This document shows, piece by piece, positions 1 through 8,657 of a DNA stretch of 64,000 nt. The notes under the pieces were generated by a model. That model was not told the origin of the DNA. It saw only the letters and a program-made list of their open reading frames with translations, and searched no databases. The first letter of the stretch is position 1, and each line of letters begins with the position of its first letter. The stretch is from Candidatus Multivorans sp. (lineage in GTDB: Bacteria; Acidobacteriota; Thermoanaerobaculia; Multivoradales; Multivoraceae). The stretch covers positions 3,456,001 through 3,520,000 of the forward strand of contig OZ251997.1 of the NCBI GenBank assembly GCA_965247095.1, given 5' to 3'. Both the position numbers and the translations under genes were made by a program.

Positions 1-57
1 ACCGCTGCGCCGTTGATGGCGCCGAGAGCCACGTGAGTGTCAGCGTCGCGGGCTGTT

Positions 58-1197
58 CTAGTTCGCGACGTACTTCGTGATGCCGCCGCCGGCGGTGGGA
101 CGGGAATCCGGCCCTTCCGCCGCATAGATGTTGCCGTCCTCATCCACGGCGACACCCTCACCGGCGACCCCTTGCACGCGATCGTCGTGAGGGTGCGGCG
201 GCACAAAGCCGGTCAGCCGGTCCTCGCCGGCCGGTCCGATCCGTACACCGTTCCTCCAGGCGGGGCGGTTGTTGGGGCCCGAGTCCGAATCGATCGCATA
301 GAGCGTGTCGTCGGCGGTGATGAACAGCCCACTGACCTTGCTGTACTGCATGTAGGTGTCGAGGAGGTTGCCGTCCTGGTCGAAGATTTGGATCCGGCTA
401 TTGCCACGGTCCGCGACATACAGACGGCCTTGCGAGTCGAACGCCAGTCCGTGCGGCGTGCGAAACTGCCCGGGACGGAAGCCGATTTCACCCCACTCCT
501 TGATGAAGTTGCCCTCGCTGTCGAACTTGAGGATCCGTCCGGTCGCGCCCGGAGGCGGATCAGGCGCCTGGCCGCTATGTCCGTCAGACACGAAGATGTC
601 GCCGTTGGGCGCCGTAATGACATCGCACGGCTGGTAGAGCTGGCCAGGGCCGCTTCCGGGCACCCCCGCCTCGCCGAGTCGCAGCAGGATCTCGCCCTCC
701 GGGCTGAACTTGATCACCTGATGCCCCTTGGTCGCGGCCTCGTTCCCTGCGAAGTCGGTCACCCAGACGTTGCCGTCGCTGTCCACGTGGAGACCGTGCG
801 GTACCACGAACAGTCCGGCCCCGAAGCTGGTCAGGATCTCACCAGTGTTCCTGTCGAACTTGAAGATCGGATCGAGCTCCGGGTTGGACTCGCACCCACC
901 GTCCAGACCGCCACCGCACCGGTCATAGGCCCAGACATGCCCGTCGGGACCGATATCGATGCCCGCGGTCGAACCCCAAACCCGCCCGTCGGGGAGCGAC
1001 GCCCAGTTCAAGATCACCTCGCCGGTCGGATTCGGCAGCGACCGATCCACCCGGTCGCTCATCTTCCCGTCGTCCATCGCGCCCGTCTCCTCCTCCACCG
1101 CCGGAGCGCCACCGCCACAGGCCACGAGAGCCACCAGCGGTAGGGACAGGAGCGCCAGCCCGCCTCGGCTCGCCAGGATCGATCGGAATTTACGCAT
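58..1197 (-). CDS. NHL-repeat lipoprotein, peptidyl-alpha-hydroxyglycine amidating lyase (PAL)-like beta-propeller
   Basis: Repeated NHL motifs (PHGLHVDSDGNVWVTD, PHGLAFDSQGRLYVADRGNSRIQIFD); lipobox LVAC; start moved to ATG at 1197. Confidence 0.8.
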   Translation of the reverse strand: MRKFRSILASRGGLALLSLPLVALVACGGGAPAVEEETGAMDDGKMSDRVDRSLPNPTGEVILNWASLPDGRVWGSTAGIDIGPDGHVWAYDRCGGGLDGGCESNPELDPIFKFDRNTGEILTSFGAGLFVVPHGLHVDSDGNVWVTDFAGNEAATKGHQVIKFSPEGEILLRLGEAGVPGSGPGQLYQPCDVITAPNGDIFVSDGHSGQAPDPPPGATGRILKFDSEGNFIKEWGEIGFRPGQFRTPHGLAFDSQGRLYVADRGNSRIQIFDQDGNLLDTYMQYSKVSGLFITADDTLYAIDSDSGPNNRPAWRNGVRIGPAGEDRLTGFVPPHPHDDRVQGVAGEGVAVDEDGNIYAAEGPDSRPTAGGGITKYVAN

Positions 1198-1280
1198 GTT
1201 GCCCACCTTTCTCTGGGTGACGCCAGGAAGTAAAAAGATAGCTCTAGCGGCTCGCGTGATGAGCATCGCGCTCCTCCTTA

Positions 1281-2003
1281 GTTTACTCGGAACTGCCGCC
1301 CGAACGCTTCCCCGCCATGCTGCAGCTCCTGCAGGAAGGGCTGGAGGAGAGCGCCCTGGGGATCGGCCTCGCCGTCCAGTACTACCCCGGGGCGACCCGC
1401 CGGGAGATCGTCGAAGTGTTCCGATTCGCCGGCGAGAAGCGGGCCACCATCCACACGCACGTCCGTTCGATGACGATCGATGCGATGCAGGAAGTCTTGG
1501 CCAACGCGGTCGCTACTGGGGCGCCCCTGCACATCGTGCACGTGAACAGCATGGCCCTCGGCGAGATCGACACGGTGCTGGACCTGATCGGCGGCGCGCG
1601 CCGCCTGGGGCTCGACGTGACGACGGAGGCCTACCCCTACACGGCCGGCTCGACCAGTCTCCACAGCTCGATCTTCGATGAAGGGTGGCAGGACCGCCTG
1701 GGCATCGGCTACGGCGACCTCCAGTGGGAAGCAACGGGGGAGAGGCTGACCAAGGAGACCATCGAGCGGTACCGCCGCGAGCGGGGAACGGTGATCCTGC
1801 ACTTCATGAAGGAGGAGTGGATCGAGATGGCGCTCGCGAACGACTGGGTGATCGACACCGCCACCTTCGAAGACGGGCTCTCCTTCTCAGAGGGAATCCA
1901 CCACACGATGGTGAACGGCGTGTTCGTCGTCCGCGACGGCGAGACTGTCGAGGGGGTTGCTCCAGGCCGGGCGATCGTCGGGCGTTTCGCGGCCGAGCCC
2001 TAA
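1281..2003 (+). pseudogene. D-aminoacylase/D-glutamate deacylase (amidohydrolase) remnant, N-terminus missing and internal in-frame deletion
   Basis: Motifs HTHVRS, HIVHVNS, TTEAYPYTAGST, GIHHTMVNG present; no N-terminal HxH region; WVI runs directly into DTATFE at ~1848-1853, skipping the SDG...HPR...GADAD segment. Confidence 0.7.
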
Positions 2004-2066
2004 CTCGCCTGGGTCACGCGGACGCCTTGGGCGTGCTCCACGTCCCGCGACCGCGCAGTCATCCGC

Positions 2067-2969
2067 CTACAGCTTCCCCGTCGCTCGCGCCCGGTCCAGC
2101 ACCGGCTGGTAGATCCGCACCGTCGCCGCGTCGACGAGCTGGCCGCCCTTGCCGCCGGCGCCGGCGCCAGCCTTGAGCGATTCGTTGTAGAGATCGACCA
2201 TCTTCTGCGCCTGCGCGATCTCCCTCGGCGAGGGCGCGAACACATCGTTGGCAAGCGGGATCTGGTTGGGGTGAATGCACCACTTGCCGACGGCGCCGAG
2301 GGAGGCGGCCCAGGTGGCCTGCTGCATGTAGGCGCTGTCGTTCCGGAAGTCGCCGAAGGGGCCGTCGATGGCGTCGATGCCGGCGGCCCGGCAGGCGGCG
2401 ATCATGCGGACCCGGTGGGCGGACCACATGTCGCCGGGGTAGCGATAGTCCTTGTCGAGTTCGTGGCCGAAGCGCATGCCCATGCTCGCCGAAAGGTCGC
2501 CGAAGCCGAGGATGAGCGCCTCGAGGCGGGGCGAGGAGGTGGCGATCGCTTCGACGTTGGCGAGGGCCTCGGCTTCCTCGATCAGTGCCTCCAGGCCGAT
2601 CTTGCGTGTGAGCCCGAGCTTCTGTTCGAGGCCGTCGAGCATGGTCTCGAAGAACCAGATGTCGCGGGGCTGCTTGACCTTGGGCAGGATGATGATGTCG
2701 AGGTTCTCGCCGGCGCCCTCGACGACGCTGATCACGTCGTCGACGGCCCAGCGGGTGGTGTGGTCGTTGACGCGCACGGAGCGCACCTTGTTGCCCCAGT
2801 CGAGTTCGTTCAGACCGTCGATGGCGATCTGGCGCGCGCCCTCCTTCTTCTCGGGGGAGACGGCGTCTTCCAGGTCGAGGAAGACGAGGTCGGCGTCGCT
2901 CCCGGCCGACTTCTCGACCATCCTGGGGTTGCTGGCCGGCACCGCCAGTTCGGAACGTCTCAGTCGCAT
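2067..2969 (-). CDS. CitE/HpcH-HpaI family acyl-CoA lyase (malyl-/citramalyl-CoA lyase-like)
   Basis: RRSELAVP, FLDLEDAV, ILPKV, GFGDLSASMG, GKWCIHP motifs. Confidence 0.9.
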   Translation of the reverse strand: MRLRRSELAVPASNPRMVEKSAGSDADLVFLDLEDAVSPEKKEGARQIAIDGLNELDWGNKVRSVRVNDHTTRWAVDDVISVVEGAGENLDIIILPKVKQPRDIWFFETMLDGLEQKLGLTRKIGLEALIEEAEALANVEAIATSSPRLEALILGFGDLSASMGMRFGHELDKDYRYPGDMWSAHRVRMIAACRAAGIDAIDGPFGDFRNDSAYMQQATWAASLGAVGKWCIHPNQIPLANDVFAPSPREIAQAQKMVDLYNESLKAGAGAGGKGGQLVDAATVRIYQPVLDRARATGKL

Positions 2970-2974
2970 GGGGG

Positions 2975-4234
2975 CTACTCCTTGGGTGGGTCTTCCGGGT
3001 CCAGCCCGGCGTTGATCCCGAACTCGGCGAGGATCTCGTCGCGGTGCTCGTCGAGCAGGGGCGCTCTGCTGCGCACGCCGGTCTTCGTTTCGGTGTACTT
3101 GATCGGGCTGCCGACGATCTTGACCGGCTCGTTGTCGCCCGGCAGCTCGACTTCGGCGACCATCTCGCGGACCGCGGTGTGGGGGCTTTCGAAGATGTCG
3201 GCGGCGGTCTGGACCGGGCCGCAGGGCACCTTGCCGCCGAGCGTTTCGACGACCTGGTCGCGGGTGAGCGAGCCGGTCCACTCCGAGACGACGCCTTCCA
3301 CGAACTCGCGGTTCTTGCGGCGGGCCGCGAAGTCCTTCGTGCGTTCGTCGTCGACGAGTTCCGGCCGCCCCATCTCGTGGCAGAGGATCTCCCACTGGGC
3401 CGGCATCGGCGCGGCGATGGCCACGCCGCCGTCCTTCGCGTCGAAGATGCCGAACGGGCACAGGCTGTGGTGGTGCTTGCCGCGCGGCCCGAGTTGGTTG
3501 CTCTTGGCGGCGCCGTAGTTCGCGAACACCGATTCGCACAGGAAGTTCACCCCGTCGACCATGGCGACGTCCATGAACTGGCCCTTGCCGGTGCGCCGCG
3601 CGTGGTGGACCCCGGCGACGACGCCGAGCGCCATCAGCGTCCCGGGAAACAGGTCGCCGACGGAGGCGCCCCCGGGGTAGCCCCCTCCGGACCCGCCGTC
3701 GCCCGCGGGGCCGTTGATGTGGGCGAAACCGCCCATCGCCTGCGCCACGATGTCGAAGGCCGGCCAGTCGGCGTAGGGGCTCTCGCCGGTCCGCGGGTCG
3801 CCGAAGCCGCGCAGCGCCGCGTAGACGATCCGCGGATTGCGCTCCCGGATCACCTCGTAGCTCAGCCCGAGCCGGTCCATCACGCCGGCGCGCATGTTCT
3901 CGAGCACGGCGTCGGCCTGCTCGCACAGGCGGAGGAAGGTCTCGCGGTCGGCCTCGTCCTTCAGGTCGAGCGAGATGCTGCGCTTGTTCCGGTTGATGCT
4001 GCCGAAGTAGCCGCCGAAGTCGCAGCCGCCGTCGACGCCGGCCTTGCCCTGGGCGGGGTGGATGAAGTCCGGCGGCGTCGGCGGCGAGGGGCGGGACATG
4101 TCGCCGGTCGGCGGCTCCACCTTGATCACGTCGGCGCCGAGGTCGGCGAGGATCGCCGAGCCGAAGGGCCCGGCGAGGGCCATCGTACAGTCGATGATGA
4201 CGAGGTCGCTGAGGGGGCCTGACCCTCCGCCCAC
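2975..4234 (-). CDS. CaiB/BaiF family III CoA-transferase
   Basis: LAGPFG, LGADVIKVEPP, NRNKRSISLDLK, ENMRAG motifs. Confidence 0.92.
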   Translation of the reverse strand: MGGGSGPLSDLVIIDCTMALAGPFGSAILADLGADVIKVEPPTGDMSRPSPPTPPDFIHPAQGKAGVDGGCDFGGYFGSINRNKRSISLDLKDEADRETFLRLCEQADAVLENMRAGVMDRLGLSYEVIRERNPRIVYAALRGFGDPRTGESPYADWPAFDIVAQAMGGFAHINGPAGDGGSGGGYPGGASVGDLFPGTLMALGVVAGVHHARRTGKGQFMDVAMVDGVNFLCESVFANYGAAKSNQLGPRGKHHHSLCPFGIFDAKDGGVAIAAPMPAQWEILCHEMGRPELVDDERTKDFAARRKNREFVEGVVSEWTGSLTRDQVVETLGGKVPCGPVQTAADIFESPHTAVREMVAEVELPGDNEPVKIVGSPIKYTETKTGVRSRAPLLDEHRDEILAEFGINAGLDPEDPPKE

Positions 4235-4707
4235 TACGACCCCCAGTGCGAGCGGCGCTTGATGAGGACCTCGCGCTCGCCCTCGAAGACGATCGTGCCG
4301 TCCTGCTTCGTGCCCCAGTGCTTGAAGCGGACGACGCCGGCGTCGTCGCGGTCGGCGTCGCGGACCTCAAGCACCTCGGTGTAGGCGGTCAGCGAGTCGC
4401 CGAGGAAGACGGGCGCGCGGAAGCGCATCTTGTCGAGGCCGAGTTCGGCGAGGGCGTTCTCGGCCGTGTCCTGGGTTGCCAGGCCGATGACCGTCGAGCC
4501 GGTGACCAGGCCGAACACGAGCCGCTGCCCGAAGGGCGACGCCTTCATCTTGTGCTCGTCGAAGTGGCCGTCGGCGGTGTTCAGGACGAGCTTGGTGAGG
4601 AGCTGGCTTTCGACCTCCTCGATCGTGGTGCCGCGGGCGTGGCGCATCTTCTGGCCGGCGGCGAACTCTTCGAAGTAGGTGGAGGGGGAGGTGAGCGCTG
4701 CGGTCAT
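4234..4707 (-). CDS. MaoC-family (hotdog) dehydratase
   Basis: YFEEF, HFDEH, RFRAPVFLGDSL; abuts the CaiB start. Confidence 0.85.
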   Translation of the reverse strand: MTAALTSPSTYFEEFAAGQKMRHARGTTIEEVESQLLTKLVLNTADGHFDEHKMKASPFGQRLVFGLVTGSTVIGLATQDTAENALAELGLDKMRFRAPVFLGDSLTAYTEVLEVRDADRDDAGVVRFKHWGTKQDGTIVFEGEREVLIKRRSHWGS

Positions 4708-4751
4708 GGCGCTGCCTCCTGCCCAGCCGCGGTGGCGGCCCGGTTCCCAGA

Positions 4752-4776
4752 GCGGGCAGGATGCCCGCGTTCCCAG
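4752..4776 (-). repeat. REP-like palindrome CTGGGAACGCGGGCATCCTGCCCGC, copy 1
   Basis: Exact reverse complement of 24636-24660; GCGGGC/GCCCGC stem; intergenic. Confidence 0.75.
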
Positions 4777-4795
4777 GGCGGAGAGCTGTGGGCCG

Positions 4796-5290
4796 TCATG
4801 ACGCCGCCTCGCGCCGCTTGGCGACCAGGTTGGTGCGCTGGTAGCTCAGCACGACCTCTCCCTTCTGGTTGCGGGCCTCCGTTTCCCAGGTGACGATGCC
4901 GAAGTGCGGCCGCGACCCGGACTCGCGGCGGCCGACGACCCGGCTCTTCCCCGTGATCGTGTCGCCGGGGTAGACGGGCCGGTGGAACTTCACGTCGTTC
5001 ACGCCGAGGAATGGCCCGCCGCCCTCGGAGAGGTCTTCGACGGACATGCCGACCACGGTGCAGAGCACGAGCAGCGGGTCGATGACCACCGAGTCGTGCC
5101 CGTGAGCGCGCGCGTACTCGGCGTTGAAGTAGAGCGGCGTGAACCGCATCGTGGCGGTGGCGAAGAGCGCGTTGTCGGCTTCGCTCAGCGTGCGGCCCCA
5201 GTGGTGCTCGAAGACCCGGCCTTCCTCGAAGTCCTGGTAGCGGTTGCCCTTCTTCTGGAGCGGGAAGGTGGAGAAGTCCGGATCGGCCAT
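4796..5290 (-). CDS. MaoC-family dehydratase
   Basis: GNRYQDFEEG, PLYFNAEYA, FHRPVYPGDTI; start at ATG 5290. Confidence 0.85.
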   Translation of the reverse strand: MADPDFSTFPLQKKGNRYQDFEEGRVFEHHWGRTLSEADNALFATATMRFTPLYFNAEYARAHGHDSVVIDPLLVLCTVVGMSVEDLSEGGGPFLGVNDVKFHRPVYPGDTITGKSRVVGRRESGSRPHFGIVTWETEARNQKGEVVLSYQRTNLVAKRREAAS

Positions 5291-5355
5291 GCGGCGAAAC
5301 CCTCTTGGCTTGATGCTGAAGGCGGTTGGGAGATCTACCACGGTACGATTTGCGG

Positions 5356-5769
5356 ATGATTCCCTGGAACGACCTGAAAACGACCCTTGAGCAGGATCCC
5401 GAGTTCTGGTACACCACGCGGTACTGGACGGCCAACGTCCGGCTGAGCGTGGGCGACCGGCACCATGCGATCCGCTTCCAGGACGGCGCGTTGGCCGCGC
5501 TCGAGCCGTGCGAAGCCGACAGCCCGTGCGACGTCTTCCTGGCCGGCCCCGAAGACGAGTGGCGCGAACTCCTGCGCGCGGAGCCGCGGCCGTTCTATCA
5601 GGATCCGTTCTTCGCCAGCGTGCATCACGGCATCGAGATCAACCGCAATCAGCTCGCGTACGCCGCCTACTACCCGGCGCTGCGGCGCCTGGTCGAGGTG
5701 TTGCGGGAGATCGCCGCAGGTGGCGACGCAAAGAGGATGCTCCTCGGAGAGAAGCGGGCGAATGCCTAG
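5356..5769 (+). CDS. Hypothetical protein, possibly SCP2-like
   Basis: Coding-like composition; overlaps the start of the downstream hydrolase. Confidence 0.55.
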   Translation: MIPWNDLKTTLEQDPEFWYTTRYWTANVRLSVGDRHHAIRFQDGALAALEPCEADSPCDVFLAGPEDEWRELLRAEPRPFYQDPFFASVHHGIEINRNQLAYAAYYPALRRLVEVLREIAAGGDAKRMLLGEKRANA

Positions 5770-6655
5770 CTTCGCGCGGCGCGTCGGCCGCTACCTGGAC
5801 CTCGAAGTCCAGGGCGTTTCCTACGAGGTCTACTTCGAATCGGCGGGCAACCCGGACGGCATTCCGCTGGTGCTCCAGCACACCGCCGGCTCCGACGGTC
5901 GCCAGTGGCGCCACCTGCTCGAAGACGAGCGGGTCGGCCGGGACTTCCACATGCTGGCCTACGACCTGCCCTACCACGCCAAGTCCGTGCCGCCCACGGG
6001 CATCGAGTGGTGGAAGCAGGAGTACAAGCTGACCAAGAGCTTCCTGCTCGACTTCGTGACCGCCTTCGTTGGCGAACTCGAACTCGAAGACCCGGTCTAC
6101 ATGGGCAGCTCCATCGGCGGCCACCTGGCCCTCGACCTCGCCTTGCACCGTCCGGGCCTGTTCCAGGCCGTGATCGGGCTCGAAGCCGCGATCAAGTCGG
6201 ATCCCGGCAACATCGACGTGCTCGACCACCCCGAGGTCAGCAACAGCTTCAAGGGCCACCTGATGGTCGGCCTCACCTCGCCCCTGGCGCCCGAGGCGCT
6301 GCGCCGCGAGGTCGGCTGGTGCTACAGCCAGGGCGCGCCGCGGGTGTTCCGGGGCGACCTCTTCTACTGGGGAACCGACCACGACCTGGGCGACCGGGCC
6401 TCGGAGATCGACACCTCGCAGGCCCGCGTCTTCCTGCTGACCGGCGAGTACGACGCCGCCACGACGCCGGAGATGTCCAAGGCGGTCGCCGCCCAGATCA
6501 AGGGCGCGACGTACCGGACGATGGAGGGGCTAGGGCACTTCCCGATGTCGGAGGACCCGGAGCGGTTCTTCGGCTACATCGAGCCGGTGCTGGGGGAGAT
6601 TGTGGGCGATCAGACGCGGCTGGGGGCGCCGGAGTGGCGTCCGGGCGCCCGATGA
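5762..6655 (+). CDS. Alpha/beta hydrolase
   Basis: LQHTAGSDG, GSSIGG nucleophile elbow, C-terminal GHFPM. Confidence 0.85.
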   Translation: MPSFARRVGRYLDLEVQGVSYEVYFESAGNPDGIPLVLQHTAGSDGRQWRHLLEDERVGRDFHMLAYDLPYHAKSVPPTGIEWWKQEYKLTKSFLLDFVTAFVGELELEDPVYMGSSIGGHLALDLALHRPGLFQAVIGLEAAIKSDPGNIDVLDHPEVSNSFKGHLMVGLTSPLAPEALRREVGWCYSQGAPRVFRGDLFYWGTDHDLGDRASEIDTSQARVFLLTGEYDAATTPEMSKAVAAQIKGATYRTMEGLGHFPMSEDPERFFGYIEPVLGEIVGDQTRLGAPEWRPGAR

Positions 6656-6699
6656 CGGACGCACGGACTGCTTCACGGTTGGCGCGAATCGCGCCACGC
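6640..6699. repeat. 60-bp double-hairpin element, degenerate copy
   Basis: 53/60 identical to 29627-29686 by manual alignment. Confidence 0.8.
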
Positions 6700-6819
6700 C
6701 GAGCGGTATCGACGCGCCTCTTCGCCCGAGTGATACCGTCTTGGTTCGCACGGTATTGCTCCAAGATCTTCTGTACTCGGCCTCGGCACGCGCCCCCCGC
6801 AACGCTCGTCATCTGAACT

Positions 6820-7638
6820 GTGACCAAGGGCCGGCCTCCCGGACTACCTGACTTCCGCAAGCCGCCGCTTGTGGAGGTCGCGCTATCGGTACAGTTCGAA
6901 CCACTGCCCGGACTGACAACGGCTCACGTCGGGCTCCTGTGGCAGAGCAACTACCGGCACCAACTGCCTCTCATCGAAGAACATCCCCCGCTCGAGCCGG
7001 CCACAGAGGATTTCGGCCCGCCTGGTCCCCAGGGAGTCACGATCGCCTTCGGCAACAAACCGCCTGCACCGCGTGTGTGGTTTCTGAACGAGGAGAAGAC
7101 AGAGCTTCTCCAGATTCAGCCTGACCGATTCGCCCACAACTGGCGCAAGACGGGCGAACAGGACCGCTATCCGCGGTACGAGACGATCCGGGACCAGTTC
7201 AGGGATGAAGTCCGTGCGTTTGCCGGGTTCCTCAACGAGGAACGCCTGGACGGCCTATCGATCAACCAGTGTGAGGTCACCTATGTGAACCACGTCGATC
7301 TGGACGAGCCGGAGTTCAGTCGCTTGGAGAAGCTGGTCGCGAACTGGCAGCCGCTTCGCGAGTCCGCCTTCCTGCCCGTTCCCGAGGACCTGTCGTTGAG
7401 CTGGCGATTCCGAATGCCGAATGAGGCCGGCCGCTTACACGTCTTCGTCCAGCCCGCTTGGGATTCGAGCGGAAAACGCCTCTGGGCGTTCCGGCTCATG
7501 GCGCGAGGTCGTCCGGCCGGGGAAGGATTGGAAGGCGCCTTTGGGTTCCTGGATTTGGGCCGAGAGTGGGTCGTCCGCGGATTCGCGGATCTGACGACTG
7601 GCTTGATGCATCGTTTATGGGAGAGAACAGATGTTTGA
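6820..7638 (+). CDS. TIGR04255 family protein
   Basis: PPLVEVALSVQF, RVWFLN, LLQIQPDRFAHNWRK, YPRY, CEVTYVN pattern typical of the family. Confidence 0.8.
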   Translation: MTKGRPPGLPDFRKPPLVEVALSVQFEPLPGLTTAHVGLLWQSNYRHQLPLIEEHPPLEPATEDFGPPGPQGVTIAFGNKPPAPRVWFLNEEKTELLQIQPDRFAHNWRKTGEQDRYPRYETIRDQFRDEVRAFAGFLNEERLDGLSINQCEVTYVNHVDLDEPEFSRLEKLVANWQPLRESAFLPVPEDLSLSWRFRMPNEAGRLHVFVQPAWDSSGKRLWAFRLMARGRPAGEGLEGAFGFLDLGREWVVRGFADLTTGLMHRLWERTDV

Positions 7639-8167
7639 CACAGCCCAATCGGGCCACATGGTTCTTTCTGAACCCCTCGGCTCGCCGGACGAGCACACGA
7701 CATCGTCGAGCGCGTCCAGCCAGCTTGCGAGCGGTCCTGCTCCGCCCGGGGTGCAGTTCCGGGTTGTTAGTGGACCGTATCGCGTCTTGATCGACGCGCC
7801 TCGACTCCCGTCGAAGTCGGTACTGGAGGCGATCCGTCGGGCAGCCGAGCTACTGCAACTCCCTCGGGGCTGGAACTCATACGATGCCGCGCCAGTCTCT
7901 CAGGAGTCCCTTAGAGAGGCACTCACGTTCCTCCTCGAGGCCGCAACAACCATCCCGAACTTGGCGTCACCCGCCGTCGTGCCGACGGCTCCGGGGGGAA
8001 TCCAGCTCGAATGGCACCAAGGCGGAGTGGACATCGAAGTCGAGTTCAACCCCGACGACCCACCGTCTTGGTATGCCGAAGATGTGGCAAGCGGCGAGAC
8101 AGCAGAAGAGGTCCTTGCCCCGAACGACGCCACCCTTCGCGTGTGGTTGGCTCGGGCTTCAGACTGA
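7631..8167 (+). CDS. Hypothetical protein (LxxLxxGWNSYDAxP ... GGIQLEW domain)
   Basis: Overlaps the TIGR04255 stop; low-complexity N-terminus then compact domain. Confidence 0.7.
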   Translation: MFDTAQSGHMVLSEPLGSPDEHTTSSSASSQLASGPAPPGVQFRVVSGPYRVLIDAPRLPSKSVLEAIRRAAELLQLPRGWNSYDAAPVSQESLREALTFLLEAATTIPNLASPAVVPTAPGGIQLEWHQGGVDIEVEFNPDDPPSWYAEDVASGETAEEVLAPNDATLRVWLARASD

Positions 8168-8171
8168 CTTC

Positions 8172-8585
8172 GTGACATCGCCCGAAGAGTGCCGGGCGCG
8201 GTTCCCCGACGATCCAGAGATCGAAGACCATGTGGGCCTGCTGCGGCGGATTCCACGAAGGCACTTCGTGCCCGACAAGAACGGCGGAGGTCGTCGGCTT
8301 TCTTCCGCAGCCTTCTACGACGACCGCGGCGGGGATCCCATGTCTGTCTATCGCACGGACGTCATCGCGTCGGAAGGCGACCGCCCGGACCGGGTGATGG
8401 CCGGGCATACGGGTTTCGGTCTGGTGTCGATCACTGCCGAGAGGTGCCGCCAGAAACAGCAGACAGTTCATGCCGATCCGCTTCCTGACGAGACTGCCCA
8501 CGCCTTGGTCTGCGGCCCGAAGACGAGGAGCCGCCGGAGGTGTTTTGCGAAGCACTCGCAATGGGTCATCGTCCCTCCGGCTTAG
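8172..8585 (+). CDS. Small hypothetical protein, possible ADP-ribosyltransferase/RES-like toxin fold
   Basis: GTG 4 nt after upstream stop; LLRRIP...SSAAF...MSVY...AHALV gives an R-S-H pattern; fold assignment is inference. Confidence 0.55.
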   Translation: MTSPEECRARFPDDPEIEDHVGLLRRIPRRHFVPDKNGGGRRLSSAAFYDDRGGDPMSVYRTDVIASEGDRPDRVMAGHTGFGLVSITAERCRQKQQTVHADPLPDETAHALVCGPKTRSRRRCFAKHSQWVIVPPA

Positions 8586-8657
8586 CAAGGACCGAGTTTC
8601 TCTGGGAAGTGTCCACGAAACCGGGGCAAGCTCACCCCGGCGCGTTTCCGGAAGCGG

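Noticed and set aside
2067-4370. 767-aa ORF suggesting a long N-terminal extension on the lyase
   Set aside because: The extension is an off-frame read of the CaiB gene; the real start is 2969
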